A stretch of DNA of 64,000 nucleotides from NCBI GenBank assembly GCA_031835245.2, contig JAVKOQ020000108.1, positions 1-64,000 of the forward strand. The letters run 5' to 3'. The translations under genes were made by a program, and so were the position numbers. Below are positions 1-13,391 of the stretch, in pieces. Under the pieces are notes generated by a model, which worked only from the letters and a program-made list of their open reading frames with translations, was not told where the DNA came from and did not search any database. Positions within the stretch are counted from its first letter, which is position 1; the number at the start of each line of letters is the position of its first letter. The stretch comes from Balamuthia mandrillaris. Lineage: Eukaryota.

Positions 1-1071
1 AAGCCAGAACAAAGGAACACCAAACGTGGCGATCACGCTCAACCACAACCGCGCCAACGAAGCGAAACTCAAGTTCAAGTCTTTGCTGCCTTCGTCCATG
101 CGTTCGATTCCACCAGACCAGAGTATTATTGAAACCAATAACGGCTGAATCAGGTCTTCCGCCACGTTCATCATCGCCATCAACATCACCCACATTCGTT
201 TGCTTTCATTGTTGTTGTTGTTCTCGTCCTCCTCATTTCGTTCTGTTTTGTTGTTGTTGTTACAGATGATAGTGCTAAGCAAAACAGCTGCTCGGTAGAT
301 GAGCAAAGAGGATAAGCTTTGGCCAACAACAGCTGCCGTCACCATCATCGAAGAAGAAGAAGAAGAAGAGGAAAGGATGAAGAAAGAAGGAAGTAGAAGC
401 AAAAGAGAAACAAAGAGCGCTGATAAAAGCATCGTATGAGGTTTCATACGAGCCACATATCCACGAAAGCCAAATAGCCATAGCATTATAAGTTTTGCAG
501 CTCGAACAGCAAACTGCATGTCTCCCAATTGCGCTGCCGAGAAACCAAGCGGAGGAGACGTTAAAAGGAATAACGTTACCACTTCAATGACGGCAGTTGC
601 AGCCGCTGGAAAACTCATCCAGAGCATCATAAAGAGGGCTGCTTGTCTCGTGGTAGAAGTTGAAGGAGAGGAAGAAGAGAGAATGGAGGAGAACACAGCT
701 TTGGTTTCTTGCCAAATTAGTGTCCAAGACGACGAAGATGGAGATGAAGCAGAAGGCGTCTCTGAGATAAAGAAAGCGAGAGATAGGGTGCTAGCGGCTA
801 GAAAGAGGTCCATGAGCATTATGGAACGAAGGGAAAGATGGGCAAAGAGCCACCCCGAACCGTAAGAGCTGAACAAACTGCCCAAGGCGGCCGCTAATAT
901 TTTCACCACAAGAGCAACACAGAAAACCAACGACAAGATGATGAGAACAAGAAGAAGAAGAAGAAGAAGAAGAAGAAGAAGAAGAAGAAGAAGAAGAAGA
1001 AGAAGAAGAAGAAGAAGAAGAAGAAGAACAAGAAGAAGAAAGAGAAGAAGAAGAAGAAGAAGAAGAAGAAG

Positions 1072-1115
<44 letters not shown>

Positions 1116-1889
1116 GAAGAAGAAGAACAAGAAGAAGAACAAGAAGAAGAAGACGAAGAAGAAGAAGAAGAAGAAGAAGACGAAGAAGAAGAAGAAGACG
1201 AAGACGAAGACGAAGAAGAAGAAGAACAAGAAGAAGAAGAAGAAGAAGAAGAAGAACAAGAACAAGAAGAAGAACAAGAAGAAGACGAAGAAGAAGAAGA
1301 AGAAGAAGAAGAAGAAGAAGAAGAAGAACAAGAAGAAGAACAAAAACAAAGAACAAAAAACGAAGAACAAGAAGCAGTGAAGATAACTACCAACTGCACA
1401 AGCCGTCTGGAGAACATGAACCTCTTGCAGGGTGCTCCTGTTCAAGCGAGCCACGACCAAGTCATCCATCAGCAGGTCCATAACAGCGGCAGCGGCCGAC
1501 CGCCCCAAGAGGGCCAAGAAGACGTGCAGCGGGGTCGCTGCCGCCCCAAAGCAGAGCGAGAGCGTGCACGCAACGGCCAACAGGCTGGCGAGGCAGAGGT
1601 AGGAACGATGGTGAAAGCCCCACAGAGGGACGGCCAGGCAGTAGCAGTAGATGAGCGGCTTGAGCATCCACGGCAGGTCGGCCAGACCTTGGAACAAGGA
1701 CAGCTCGGCTGGACCGATGGACAGCTCATTTTTCAAGAACAAAACTAATCTTTTTGTTTTTGTTTGCATTTGTTGTTGTTGAGAAACAAGTCAACAACAA
1801 AAAGGAAAAACGAACAAACCTTTGGCAAGCTTGGAGTTGGACAAGGAGCCTTCCGTAAACGAGACAAGCACAAGAGAAGCGGTTTCCAT
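1..1889 (-). CDS. Folate-biopterin transporter (BT1/FBT family, MFS-like); 3' end runs off the window
   Basis: ATG at 1889 (METASLVLVSFTEG); after a short intron, LFLKNELSIGPAELSLFQGLADLPWMLKPL...PLWGFHHRSYL, then DLLMDDLVV and LQTACAV|AAALGSLFSSYGSGWL. These match BT1-family motifs. A microsatellite-filled intron lies at about 895-1390; further hydrophobic segments continue to base 1. Confidence 0.8.
947..1375. repeat. Compound (GAA)n/(CAA)n microsatellite within an intron
   Basis: Directly visible; it explains the spurious poly-R, poly-F and poly-S ORFs. Confidence 0.95.
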
Positions 1890-2163
1890 TCTTTTCTTTC
1901 TTTCTTTTTCTATTTTTTTTGCAAATCAAAAAATTTAGCGTGATGGTGGGGTTCGATCTGCGTTACTTTTAATTTTTAAAAATGTAGACAGCAGGATTCG
2001 AACCAGGATAATGTCGACGGCCCTGGAGCTCATGCTTTGATTCGTAACTGAAAGTTTCAAACCACCAATCAAAAATCAAAAAAGAGGCGCTAACTTACCA
2101 TAAGAAGGCCTTCAATATTGTCTTTACTTTAAACAAAGAAGAGAATGAAGCGGCGGTGAAGTG

Positions 2164-3083
2164 AATGCTGCTTTCTATGGTAGCTTGGAAGTGCTCCAGT
2201 GGGCACGAGAAAGAGGATGTTCGAGCTGCCTACGGCGGCCATTTGGAGGTTCTCAAATGGCTGCATGAGCATGGATGCGCTTGGAATGAAGACATGGCCA
2301 GTCTGGGCGTTTGCTCTGGCAACTGGGAGCTGATGAAGTGGCTTCAGGAGCGCTGTAGCAGCCCATGCCAACAACCTGAAGATGTTGCAATGGTTAAGAG
2401 CGCACGGCTGCCCTTGGAATGGCTTGACTTGCAACTACGCCGCTGTGCAAGGCCATTTGGACCTGTTGCAATGGGCGGTGGAGAATGGCTGCACTTGGGA
2501 CGATAACGCAGAGGGAACACCTTTCACGGAGGCAGCCGAGCATGGCCATCTGCACATCTTGGAATGGTTGCACAAGGAGAAGGGCTTCCCCTGGACAGAC
2601 TGGACATGCGCTGCGGCTGCAGGCGCGGTTCGGCTGAACGTGGTCAAGTGGTTAAGAAAGAATGGATGCCCATGGGATGAGTTGGCATTCGCGTTGGCGG
2701 CCATCCGAAAAAACAACATGGAGGTTCGCGAGTGGTTGCTAGAACAAGGATGTCCTTTCGACGAAGCAACTTGCGGCACTGTCGCTGAGCACGGAGATCT
2801 GGAGGTGCTTCAGTGGTTTCGAGAGCACGGTTGCCCTTGGGATGAGCAGGTTTGCAACTTGGCCGCTTCTAAAGGGCACTTGAAAGTTCTGAAATGGGCC
2901 AGAGAACAAGGCTGTCCATGGAGTGAAGCCGCTTGCGTTGGAGCAGCAGAGAACGGGCGCTTGGAGGTGTTGCAATGGCTGCGAGCGAACGGTTGCCCTT
3001 GGAACGAGACGTCCGTGCTCAACGCCGCCAGGGAACACAAGCATGAAGCCGTGGTGCAGTGGCTTGGCACACGAAACAACTGA
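2164..3083 (+). CDS. Intronless ankyrin-repeat protein (LxWLRxxGCPW type); intact ORF 2382-3083, frameshifted repeats upstream
   Basis: Repeats of GHLEVL(Q/K)W(L/A)RExGCPW. Two more repeat units upstream sit in other frames (shifts near 2221 and 2355), so this may be a pseudogene. Confidence 0.85.
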
Positions 3084-3272
3084 GAAGCAAAAAGGACTCA
3101 TTAGCGAGCTTCGAACTGGGAACCCATTTTACATGACGACATGATTGTCCGCAAAAAATTTAATTTCATGACGACGTGAATATATCACATTACAGCAGAA
3201 GAAGCACAATGTTATCAGCGAGCTTCGAACTGGGACCCATTTTACATGACGACATGGTTGTCCGCAAGAAAT
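3083..3272. repeat. Imperfect direct repeat with a ~60 bp core (about 3100-3160 and 3213-3272)
   Basis: AGCGAGCTTCGAACTGGG(A)ACCCATTTTACATGACGACATG(A/G)TTGTCCGCAA occurs twice. Confidence 0.9.
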
Positions 3273-3324
3273 GAAATGTCGGCATAAATGTAAAAAAAAG
3301 AAGACAGAAAGAAAGACAAGAGAG

Positions 3325-3893
3325 ATGAAGACAGCAACCCAGCTGCTGCGTCCCTGGCAGAGACGCGTCAAGGTGGCCACCTTCAACGTCTTGGCGCCGT
3401 GCTACCACATCATCGAGGGGGGCAAGACGGAGAGCAGGGACGAGGCTCGCTGGAGGAAGCGGCACGAGGAGCAATGCCTGGCAAGCTTGAGGACCATCGA
3501 TGCGGACGTGGTCTGTCTGCAGGAGTATTGGTTCCATCCTCCCTTCATGCAGCTGTACTCTTCTACCTTTGAGAAACTGGGGTGAGCTCCTCTTCCCTCT
3601 CTCTCTCTTCTCTTCTACAGAAATCACTAATCAAAAAGAAAAATCTGAAAAACAATCTGAAAAAAAAAGTTTTGCAGAAGAAAGAGCAAAGCGGTCGGGC
3701 AAAAAGGCGGATGGGCTTGCCATTTTCTATCGAAAGCAGAGCGGCGCTCATAAACCCAGTCTGAGAGTGTTGGACACTCGCCCCATAGAGTTTCGTGACT
3801 GTGGCAACCGCGTGGCTCTTCTCGTCCTGTTTCAATGCGTGGAAGTATGTTTCCCTGCCTTCTCTGCTCCCTGTTCCATTCTGTCTCTCCTCG

Positions 3894-3927
<34 letters not shown>

Positions 3928-5132
3928 TCTCTCTCTTGTCTCTCTTTCTCTCTCTCTCTCTCTTTCTCTTTCCTCGTGTTCTCTGCTACCGTCTCTTTTT
4001 CTCTCTTTCTGTGCTTCTCTCTTAGCTCTTTCTCTTCTGTTTCTCTTGTTCTTTCTCTTCTGTGCTTCTCTCTTCTCTTCTCTCTTCTCTCGTTCAGATC
4101 ATACTTTCTCCCATTTTACTTTCTCTTTCTTATTCCCTTCTTTCCATCTTTTAAAAAAAACAACAGACAGGCGGTTGCTTCGTGGTGGTGAACACTCACT
4201 TAACGTTCCCTCACCACAACGCCGACGTGGCAATGCGCCTTGAACAAGTTCGCAAAGTGACTGCCTACATCGACCACTACGTCCATCGCAGCTTGCCCTC
4301 TTTCTTCTCTTTCTCCTCCCCTTCAACGTCTTCTTCATCTTCACAAGAAGCAAAAGAAGCACTCATTCCGGTGATTTTAGCTGGAGATTTTAACGGCGGA
4401 GAGGAAGATAGCGTCTATCGACACCTTATTCTAGGGGATAGGAAAAAGAAGACAAAACAAAACCACAATAACAATCACGGCACAACCTCATCCATCACAA
4501 CGAGAGCAAGAACATCCACAACCACAATGACAAATAATTATTCATCAACGTTTGCGTTGCGACATGGAAGAGAAGTAGGAGTAACACATCGCAACCATGA
4601 AGACAACGATGTTGGAGTGGACTTTATCTGGTTGCGACACTTTGATCTGAAGAAAGAGGCTCAGCGTGAAAAGGACGAAGAGGCAGCAGAGGAAGAAGAG
4701 GAAGAAGAGGAGGAAAGAAAGAGGAATAAACGAGTGATGAGGTGGTTGTTAGGACAAAACTTGCACTGCTCCAAAGAAACAATGAGGGTACTGATGGAGC
4801 AAGTCAAAGACGATGATGAAGAGTTCAAAGATGAGGACGAAAGGAACTCTACAAAGACGGAACGAAAGGAACGAAGAACTGGCCAAGAGGCTTCTTCTTC
4901 CTCCTCCTCCTCCTCTCCCTCCTCCTCTTCAACTCTTTTGCAGAAACCCGTTTTCAAGAGCTCCAAACTGATTGTGGAGGACAGTTGGGCGCACCCACCA
5001 AACATCCCGGATGAGCGCTGGCCGCCCGCGAGCAGCACGAACGTCGGACGGCTGGCTTGTGGCTCCGATCATCGACCCGTCGTTACGACGTTCATCCTGG
5101 AAGCCACGAGTGCTGCTCCGCAACAGCAGTAA
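3325..5132 (+). CDS. Endonuclease/exonuclease/phosphatase (CCR4/nocturnin-like) protein, multi-exon
   Basis: Motifs ATFNVLA, DADVVCLQE, DGLAIFYR, VNTHL, ILAGDFNG, DFIW and SDHRPV occur in order across GT-AG introns. Confidence 0.9.
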
Positions 5133-5628
5133 CATTAACGCGCTGCTAGATGTTGCTTTTTCTTCTTCTTCTTTGTAAAGATCTTATTTGTTGCCTCTCT
5201 TCACAAGCTATGAGTGCACGATGACTTTGTGGCGGCAAGTGCCAGTGGTGGTGGTAGGGTGCACGCGAGTGGTGGCAACAAGAAGATCTTCTGGCCTTCT
5301 TTTTGCCAAAGAGGAGGGATAGGATGGAGAGTAAAAAAAAAAGCAAAGTTGTTGTGTTGGCGTTTCATCCCTCGTGAGAACAGCACCAACACTCAGCCTC
5401 GAGGACCACTATAGGTGACAACCCCACGTGATGGTGGTAATGCTGACCGACTGACGTAAGCTAGAATGAAAGGAGAGAACTCCGTCCGCAGGAAAAAGCA
5501 GGGGAGAGCTCTCCTCCACCGGAAAGGATGGCTTGTGGAGTTCTCCAATTTGCCAACAGTTTATAAACATGGTCCTCTTTCTTCTTCCCCACATCCAACA
5601 AGAACACAACTTTCACTCACCTCCAACA

Positions 5629-6472
5629 ATGCTCGCAAACATGTTTGGGCAACGCAAGGCGAAGGAGTCGGCGGGCAAGGCCAAGGAGTCGGAGGGCAAG
5701 GCGACGCTGGCAGCGCAACAGCAGGCCTGTTATGTCCTCCCCCCAACCGCCCCGGCAGACCTCTCCTTTGTCATTGATAGCAAAGCCGTGCTGAACTTTT
5801 ACAGAAAGAAGGAGGTCTACCTGGAGCAGAACGGAACGCTGGCGCTGGTCTTCAGCTTGAAGGCCAAGAACCTCGTCGGCTGGCCCACTTTGGAGCTGCT
5901 GGACCTTCAAAACCGGCAGCTCATGGCCGCCGCTTGCAATAGCGGCATGGTGGCCTCGTCTTGGACGTGGACAGTGCTACAGGCAGCCCAACCGATAGCC
6001 ACCATTACGGTAAGGAGGTTTCAGCTGTTGTTCTTCTTCAATCCTCTTCTTCTTCTTCTTCTTCTTCTTCTTCTTCTCTTTCTCATACCACCGGTCTCTT
6101 CTTCCCTCTCAGGGAACGCGAGTCACGTTTGGAACGTGCCGCTGGCAAGTAGACTTTCCACAGCACTCGCAGCCGAGCAAAAGCATCCAACAACTGGGCG
6201 AGGAGGAAGCTGCTGAGTGTCAACAACCACCGCCAACAACAACAACGAGCTTGACGGTGGAAGGCACCTCCGTGCTGACGATCTGCAACTCCATCATGAG
6301 AGGCAGCCAAGAAGTGGGCAAGCTGAAACGGCTCCGCTTGGATAACATGGGGAGAACCCAGTTTGGGTTGGAGGTGAGAGCGGGGGAGAACGCGTGGTTC
6401 ATGCTTCTCCTCTCCGCTCTCATAGCCACAATGGCCGACACCCAAAGAAGAGAACTGATAAAAGATAGCTGA
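5629..6472 (+). CDS. Putative LURP-one/scramblase (Tubby-C-like) beta-barrel protein, 2 exons
   Basis: MLANMFGQRK...; intron at about 6010-6112; beta-rich pattern ending FGLEVRAGENAWFMLLLSALIA with a C-terminal hydrophobic helix. Family assignment by pattern only. Confidence 0.5.
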
Positions 6473-6578
6473 AGAACATAAAAATAAAAGTTTCTTTTCC
6501 TGTAAAGCAAGCATACCTTCAGCATGACACGCTTCTCCCTTCGCATGGCTGGCAACCATGTTATTCTCCTCTTTGTTT

Positions 6579-8259
<1,681 letters not shown>

Positions 8260-8567
8260 AACGACGAGGTAACCTTTTCTATTTCTTTTATTCATGATCT
8301 TTTTTGTTTTTTTCTTTTCGTGAAACAAAAGTTTGATATTTGATTTTTGATTTGCTGTTGCTGACACACGATCGCAATCAAGATCATAATAGATTATTGT
8401 CGACTTTATACGCACCGCCGAAATTCCGGAGAAAAATTGGCAAAAACAGGAAATGTCGACAACAACTCTTCGTCGACAAATAATACACTTGATGTGACGA
8501 AAAAAGAATAAGCAATAAAAAAAACGTAGCAGAGAGCGAAGAGAGGAGAAGCGAAGAGAAGAGGAGG

Positions 8568-9845
8568 ATGCCTAATGCTTTGCTGGTGGTAGCCGTGCTG
8601 ACTTATGTAGCGTGGGGCACGGCCTTTGCTCCTGTGGTCAATGCTAGCGTGATAGGGTTCCTCGTGTTTTGGTTCTGGTGGGCCTCTCACGGCATGAGCC
8701 CGCGCCGAAAGATGCAGATCGCCTCTTTTGCAGAGCCCAGGGAGGGCGTCATCCATGCCACCTTCTCTTCTGATGTTAGCAAGGTTCGTTTCGTTCTTTC
8801 TTCCTTTCTCTTTTTTTTTTGCCTTGTTGTTGTTTTCTCACTCACTCACGCACGCGCAAACACAAAAATATAGGTGTTGAAGTGGATCGAAGAAGAGAGA
8901 AAAAGAACGAAGGAACACATTACGGTGACGCATGTGGTGGGCAAGCTGGCTGCTTTGGCCTTGAAGGACTGCCCTCAGCTCACTGGCCGCATAGTGCTTG
9001 ACCGCTTTGTTCCTCATCCGGTACTTTGCTCATTCTTCTCCTTTCATTCTTGTCACTCTTCTCTTTCTCTTTCTCTTTCTCTTTCTCTTTCTCTTTCTCT
9101 TTCTCTTTCTCTTTCTCTTTCTCTTTCTCTTTCTCTTTCTCTTCCTCTTCCTCTTCCTCACTCTCTTCCTCATTTTCTTATAACGAAAAAAAAGACAATA
9201 GACATCAGCTTCCTTACAGCTATTGAAGGCGGCCGCAACCTCGCCAAAGTCAAGGTCACCTCCATCGACAGCAAGTCAGTCAGCCAGATAGCCAACGAGC
9301 TCTCCAGCGGCAGCCAGCGCCTGCGCACCGGAAAGGACGAGAACTTCAAGAAGACGAGCGGCCCGCTCCAGTTCCTGCCGGTCTGGCTGGTGAGGATCGT
9401 GTTGGAGGTGGTGGGATACCTGGCGGGCGCTTTGGGGGTGGACTTCCCGCCGTTGGGCGTGGAGGCCTTCCCCTTTGGCAGCTGCGTGATCACCAGCGTG
9501 GGGATGCTTGGCATTGACCATGCCTTTGGTAAGTTTATGATTTTGCTTTTGTTTCTGTTCTGTTCTTTTCTTCTAACAACCGTTGTTTTTTAAATAATAA
9601 TAATAATAGCTCCATTCACTCCATTCTGCAGAGTGGGGATGCTTTTGCTGATCGGCAACGTGAAGGACGGAGTGATCGTGGAGAACGGCGAGGCGGTTGT
9701 TCGTCCGAAACTCAAGATCACGGCCACTTTGGACCACCGCTTCGTGGACGGCTCCCAGGCCGCCATCATGGTCAAACGAATGAAGGAAGCGTTTGATGAT
9801 CCCGAGAAGTATCTCTCTTCTTCATCGTCTTCTTGTGCGGAGTGA
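8568..9845 (+). CDS. Stand-alone 2-oxoacid dehydrogenase E2-type acyltransferase catalytic domain with hydrophobic N-terminus, 4 exons
   Basis: GSCVITSVGMLG, LLIGNVKD and the catalytic TLDHRFVDG motif; no lipoyl or E3-binding domain. Confidence 0.85.
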
Positions 9846-10254
9846 CTTTCATTTTTCTTTGTTTTTTCATTCTCTCTATTTATTTCCTTATTTATTAGGA
9901 GTTACATTTCATTTCTCATGTCTCTTTGCTATCCTTCTCGTGGTTACTCACTTGTGTGTTCCTAAACCTTCTTCATTGTACGGGCATCCGTTCGCCAATG
10001 CCCACTCCACTGCGTCTCGATGACCGCCTGGGGTGACTGTGCGTTCACCCCAAGGACCATCCATTCACCCTCAACCACTTCAGTGCTGCCAATCCTCCAT
10101 AGCACGCATTTGCATCCCGTTGAAGGACTTCTATGGTCCTTTCGACTACCTCATCAATCGGAGGTCGCCCCCCTCTGCTTTTGCAAAGGTGCTCATCCCA
10201 AGAGCAATGGCAGGTGTTGCAATGGGCTCTAAGATAGGAAACCGATTTTCTTAT

Positions 10255-13051
10255 TCACACCTTCTTTTGCTGTTTCTTTTGGTGGTGCAACCAAACGAGC
10301 CTCCGCTGCACCATCTCGGCCACTCTCTCCGCTCCGAACCGCTCGACCACATCCTCTCTGCCCCGCTTTCCTTTCCTCCGAGCCTCTCCCGTCTCCTGCT
10401 CCTCCACCACCCTCCTCATCAGCCGCTGCAAGTGCTTCACATCCGGTTTGGCCCATTGGCCTCCTCCCCCGTTCTCGAAAAACTCTGCGCTCTCCATCCT
10501 CTCCACTCGCAGAGGATAGCTGTTGGCCTCGGTCAAGAAGTCAGAGGGGCCGGACCAATTGGTGGCAATGACGGGCAGCTCCATGGCCATGGCCTCCACG
10601 ATGGGCATGCCAAAGCCTTCCCCTCTGGTGGGGAGCACAAAAGCATCCGCAGAGAGAAAGAGCTTGGGCATCTCTGAGACCTTTTGTTCTTTGCTCAAGA
10701 TTCGAACGGGGGGAAGCTTCCGCTGGTACATTTGGTGGATCTCTTGTGGAAAGCTAAAGGAGATGAATGTGAGAATGGAGGACTCGTCGCGAGGGAGGAG
10801 AGGAGGAGGGGGAGTGGGATAGAGGTAGGTTTGGAGGTTAGGTTAGGTGGGTGTCGATAGGAACAGGAACAACGTGAAGCTTGTCTCGACGTACACCAGC
10901 TGAAGAGAAGACGTCCACCAAGAAGGAGGACGGAACCCAAATCTCTGTTACTCTAACATGAAATGTAAATGTAATAACCCAAGAAAAAAAAAGAAGAACG
11001 AAGGAAGGAACGAAGAGAGCAACAACACGGCAAGAAGAAGAAGAAGAGAACAACAAAGAGAAGGAGAGAGGAAAAAACCTTGAATCGTCGTTACAGATGT
11101 CAACCCATTCATCAGGGATGCTGTTTGTCTCTATCATGCTCCTTCCAATAACGATATCCGGCCTTTTGCTTACCGTCACGAGGCCTCTGTACGGAAACTG
11201 AGGGTACGAAGGCGGCGGCTTATGACTCACCCACACAAAACTGGAGTCTTCATCCCTTCCGCCTCGTTCTTCTTCATATTCATCTTCATCTTCTTCGCTG
11301 ACGTGAAGGTTCATTCGAAGTCGCAACCGTTCTAAACTTTCCCTCGCGTGAAGAGTAAAGCCTTTGCAGAAGGAACGACCATCCGCCACGATGGAAACAG
11401 AACGAAGTTTGTCCTCCAACTGAGTCACAAATTGAGCGCTCTCCAAGCCCCATCCCGTACATCCACCATAGCTGTCCCATACCAAGTCAATTGCTTGTTC
11501 TGCTTTATTGTCCTCGTTGTCTCCTTGGTCTTCTTCTTTTTGCGTCTGAAGAAGGATATCCCAAAGGTCGTTGTTCGTTACCATCGGTGAAAGTTGGTAA
11601 AGCAGTTCAGAGGTGCGAAAAATCGAAGGAGAGAAGAATGTTTCTACGTCTTCAAGGCCGATGATGGTGTCGAAGGTTCGTAACTCAACAGCAGCTTCCG
11701 TGGGAACGTACACGGCGCGTTGAGAATGTTTCTGATGAGCGAACTTGCTCCATTCCATCATTCGAAGGAATGGAATGCTGTGAATCAAAGAAGTAGATGC
11801 AGCAGAATCGTTGAAGAAGAGACGTGCAGATGCAGCGTTTGCAAAGAAACAATGTGGGGACGGTGCTGCCACGTTTGTAAATATCGCCTTACTATTGCTG
11901 TTGGCTAATGCGTGTGTTCTTCGCTCTCCTGCCAACCGAAGGTACGGCCAATTTACTTGATGCTTTCTTTCCACTTCCGTTCTTAGTGTGTCTTCCTGCT
12001 CCATCACCGTCTTCACCTCGTCCATGCCACAACTGTGCAATAGTTGCTCTTCTTTTGCCTCTTCCTCCTCTTCGTGGTTGTTACTTCCATAGACAATCTT
12101 ACAAGCCACCATTCCGATTTCTTCTCTGGCTTCTCTTTCTTCATGGCGAGCACGGGTCATGACTTGAGACAACCAACTTCTCTCCTTCACGACAACGTGC
12201 TCGGAGAGCACCAAAGTCCAGCTGGAAGCGGTCGCAAGAATGCCCTCTTCCACAGCTCTGCTCCAGCGACGGTGGTGTCGCTGCGGTTGCTCCTCTTTCC
12301 CTTCCTCAACTCGTGGTGGAAGCGGAAGAACGTGAAGCTGAAACTGGCCAGTTTTGTTGAAAAGCGTTAGCGTGGTCGTTTGTTTGCGGCTTGTGCGTCG
12401 CGCCTTTTGCAACAGCAAAGAGAGCCGGCGAGCCACTTTGTCTTCAACTCCTTTTTGTTTTTTCTTCTTCTTCTTCTTGTTCTTCTTCTTGTTGTTGTTG
12501 TTGTTGTTCTGTTCTTGTTCTTGTTCTTTTTCTTCTTCTTCTTCTTGAGGGAAAGAGAGCAAGGGAGGTGGAGAGGGAACCACGAGCATGACCTCTTGAA
12601 GGAACCACACACCGCTTGGGTCTTCTTTGTGGTCGACGCAAGAGAGAAGAAGGGAGGTGAGCGTTCGAGCAAGACGCGAAAGAAGCAGATCGGCGGCGTC
12701 GCCGTGTCTGTCTTGCAGCAACGGGATCACCACGGAGAGACTCCGCGTAGCAGAAGAAGAAGTGCTTAGGAAAGGAAGAGGAGAAGCGTCGGGATGGGGA
12801 TGAGACGCAAAGCAGTAAAAGAGCAGCTGAAGACAAAAAAGACCGCAGGCCACGACGCCAGAGAGCAGCAGCCAGCGATGGAGAGAGATGGCGAGAAAAC
12901 GGCGGGAGAGGAGATCCACAGAAGCAGCGGCGGTGGGATTGTGGTTGTTGATGCTGCTGCGAGGAGCGAACCGTGGAGCCTCGCGTGCCATGTAGCGCGA
13001 TGCTCCTGCGGAGTGGAGGTGGTGGCCACCACCACGCAGCCGGACGTCCAT
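10255..13051 (-). CDS. Glycosyltransferase family 4 (GT-B fold) type II membrane protein
   Basis: N-terminal TM segment; IIGRSMIET, EIWVPSSF, ADAFVLPTRGEGFGMPIVEAMAMELPVIATNWSGPSDF (EX7E motif). Confidence 0.88.
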
Positions 13052-13391
13052 TTTTTCTTTTTCTTTTATAAAAATTAATGACATTCCTTGCATTCCTCAC
13101 ATAGTTACAAGCACACGTCATTTCAATCGAGATCAATATTTTAGGATTTTTCATTGGTTTATAATGTTTGAATTTTTATAGGAGGAGTTTATTAATTACA
13201 ATAAAGAAAAAACTCCAAGAGACGCGTCTCCTGTTCTTGCGTGTGTGTACCACATCTTCGCTAATGACAGACCAGCTCAAACGAAGAGCGACCAAATTGG
13301 GTTTGGTTTTAGCGCTTCGTCTTCATGGGTCTCCTTTTTTGTGTTAAAAAAAAAGGTTAGCTACTTAGTAGTACATCGAGGAGTACCCGCC

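Noticed and set aside
791..1483. Long poly-Ser, poly-Arg and poly-Phe ORFs here and at 7.6k, 19.2k, 27.9k, 35.2k, 47.7k, 59.3k and 61.5k
   Set aside because: They are translations of intronic microsatellites.
1975..2060. tRNA gene suggested by GGTTCGAATCC...TTTTT on the minus strand
   Set aside because: The T-stem does not pair beyond 2 bp and no D-arm, A-box or acceptor 5' strand is present; kept only as an isolated B-box.
3083..3272. CRISPR-like array or transposon termini
   Set aside because: Only two imperfect copies in a eukaryotic context, with no transposase or target-site duplication; a simple local duplication.
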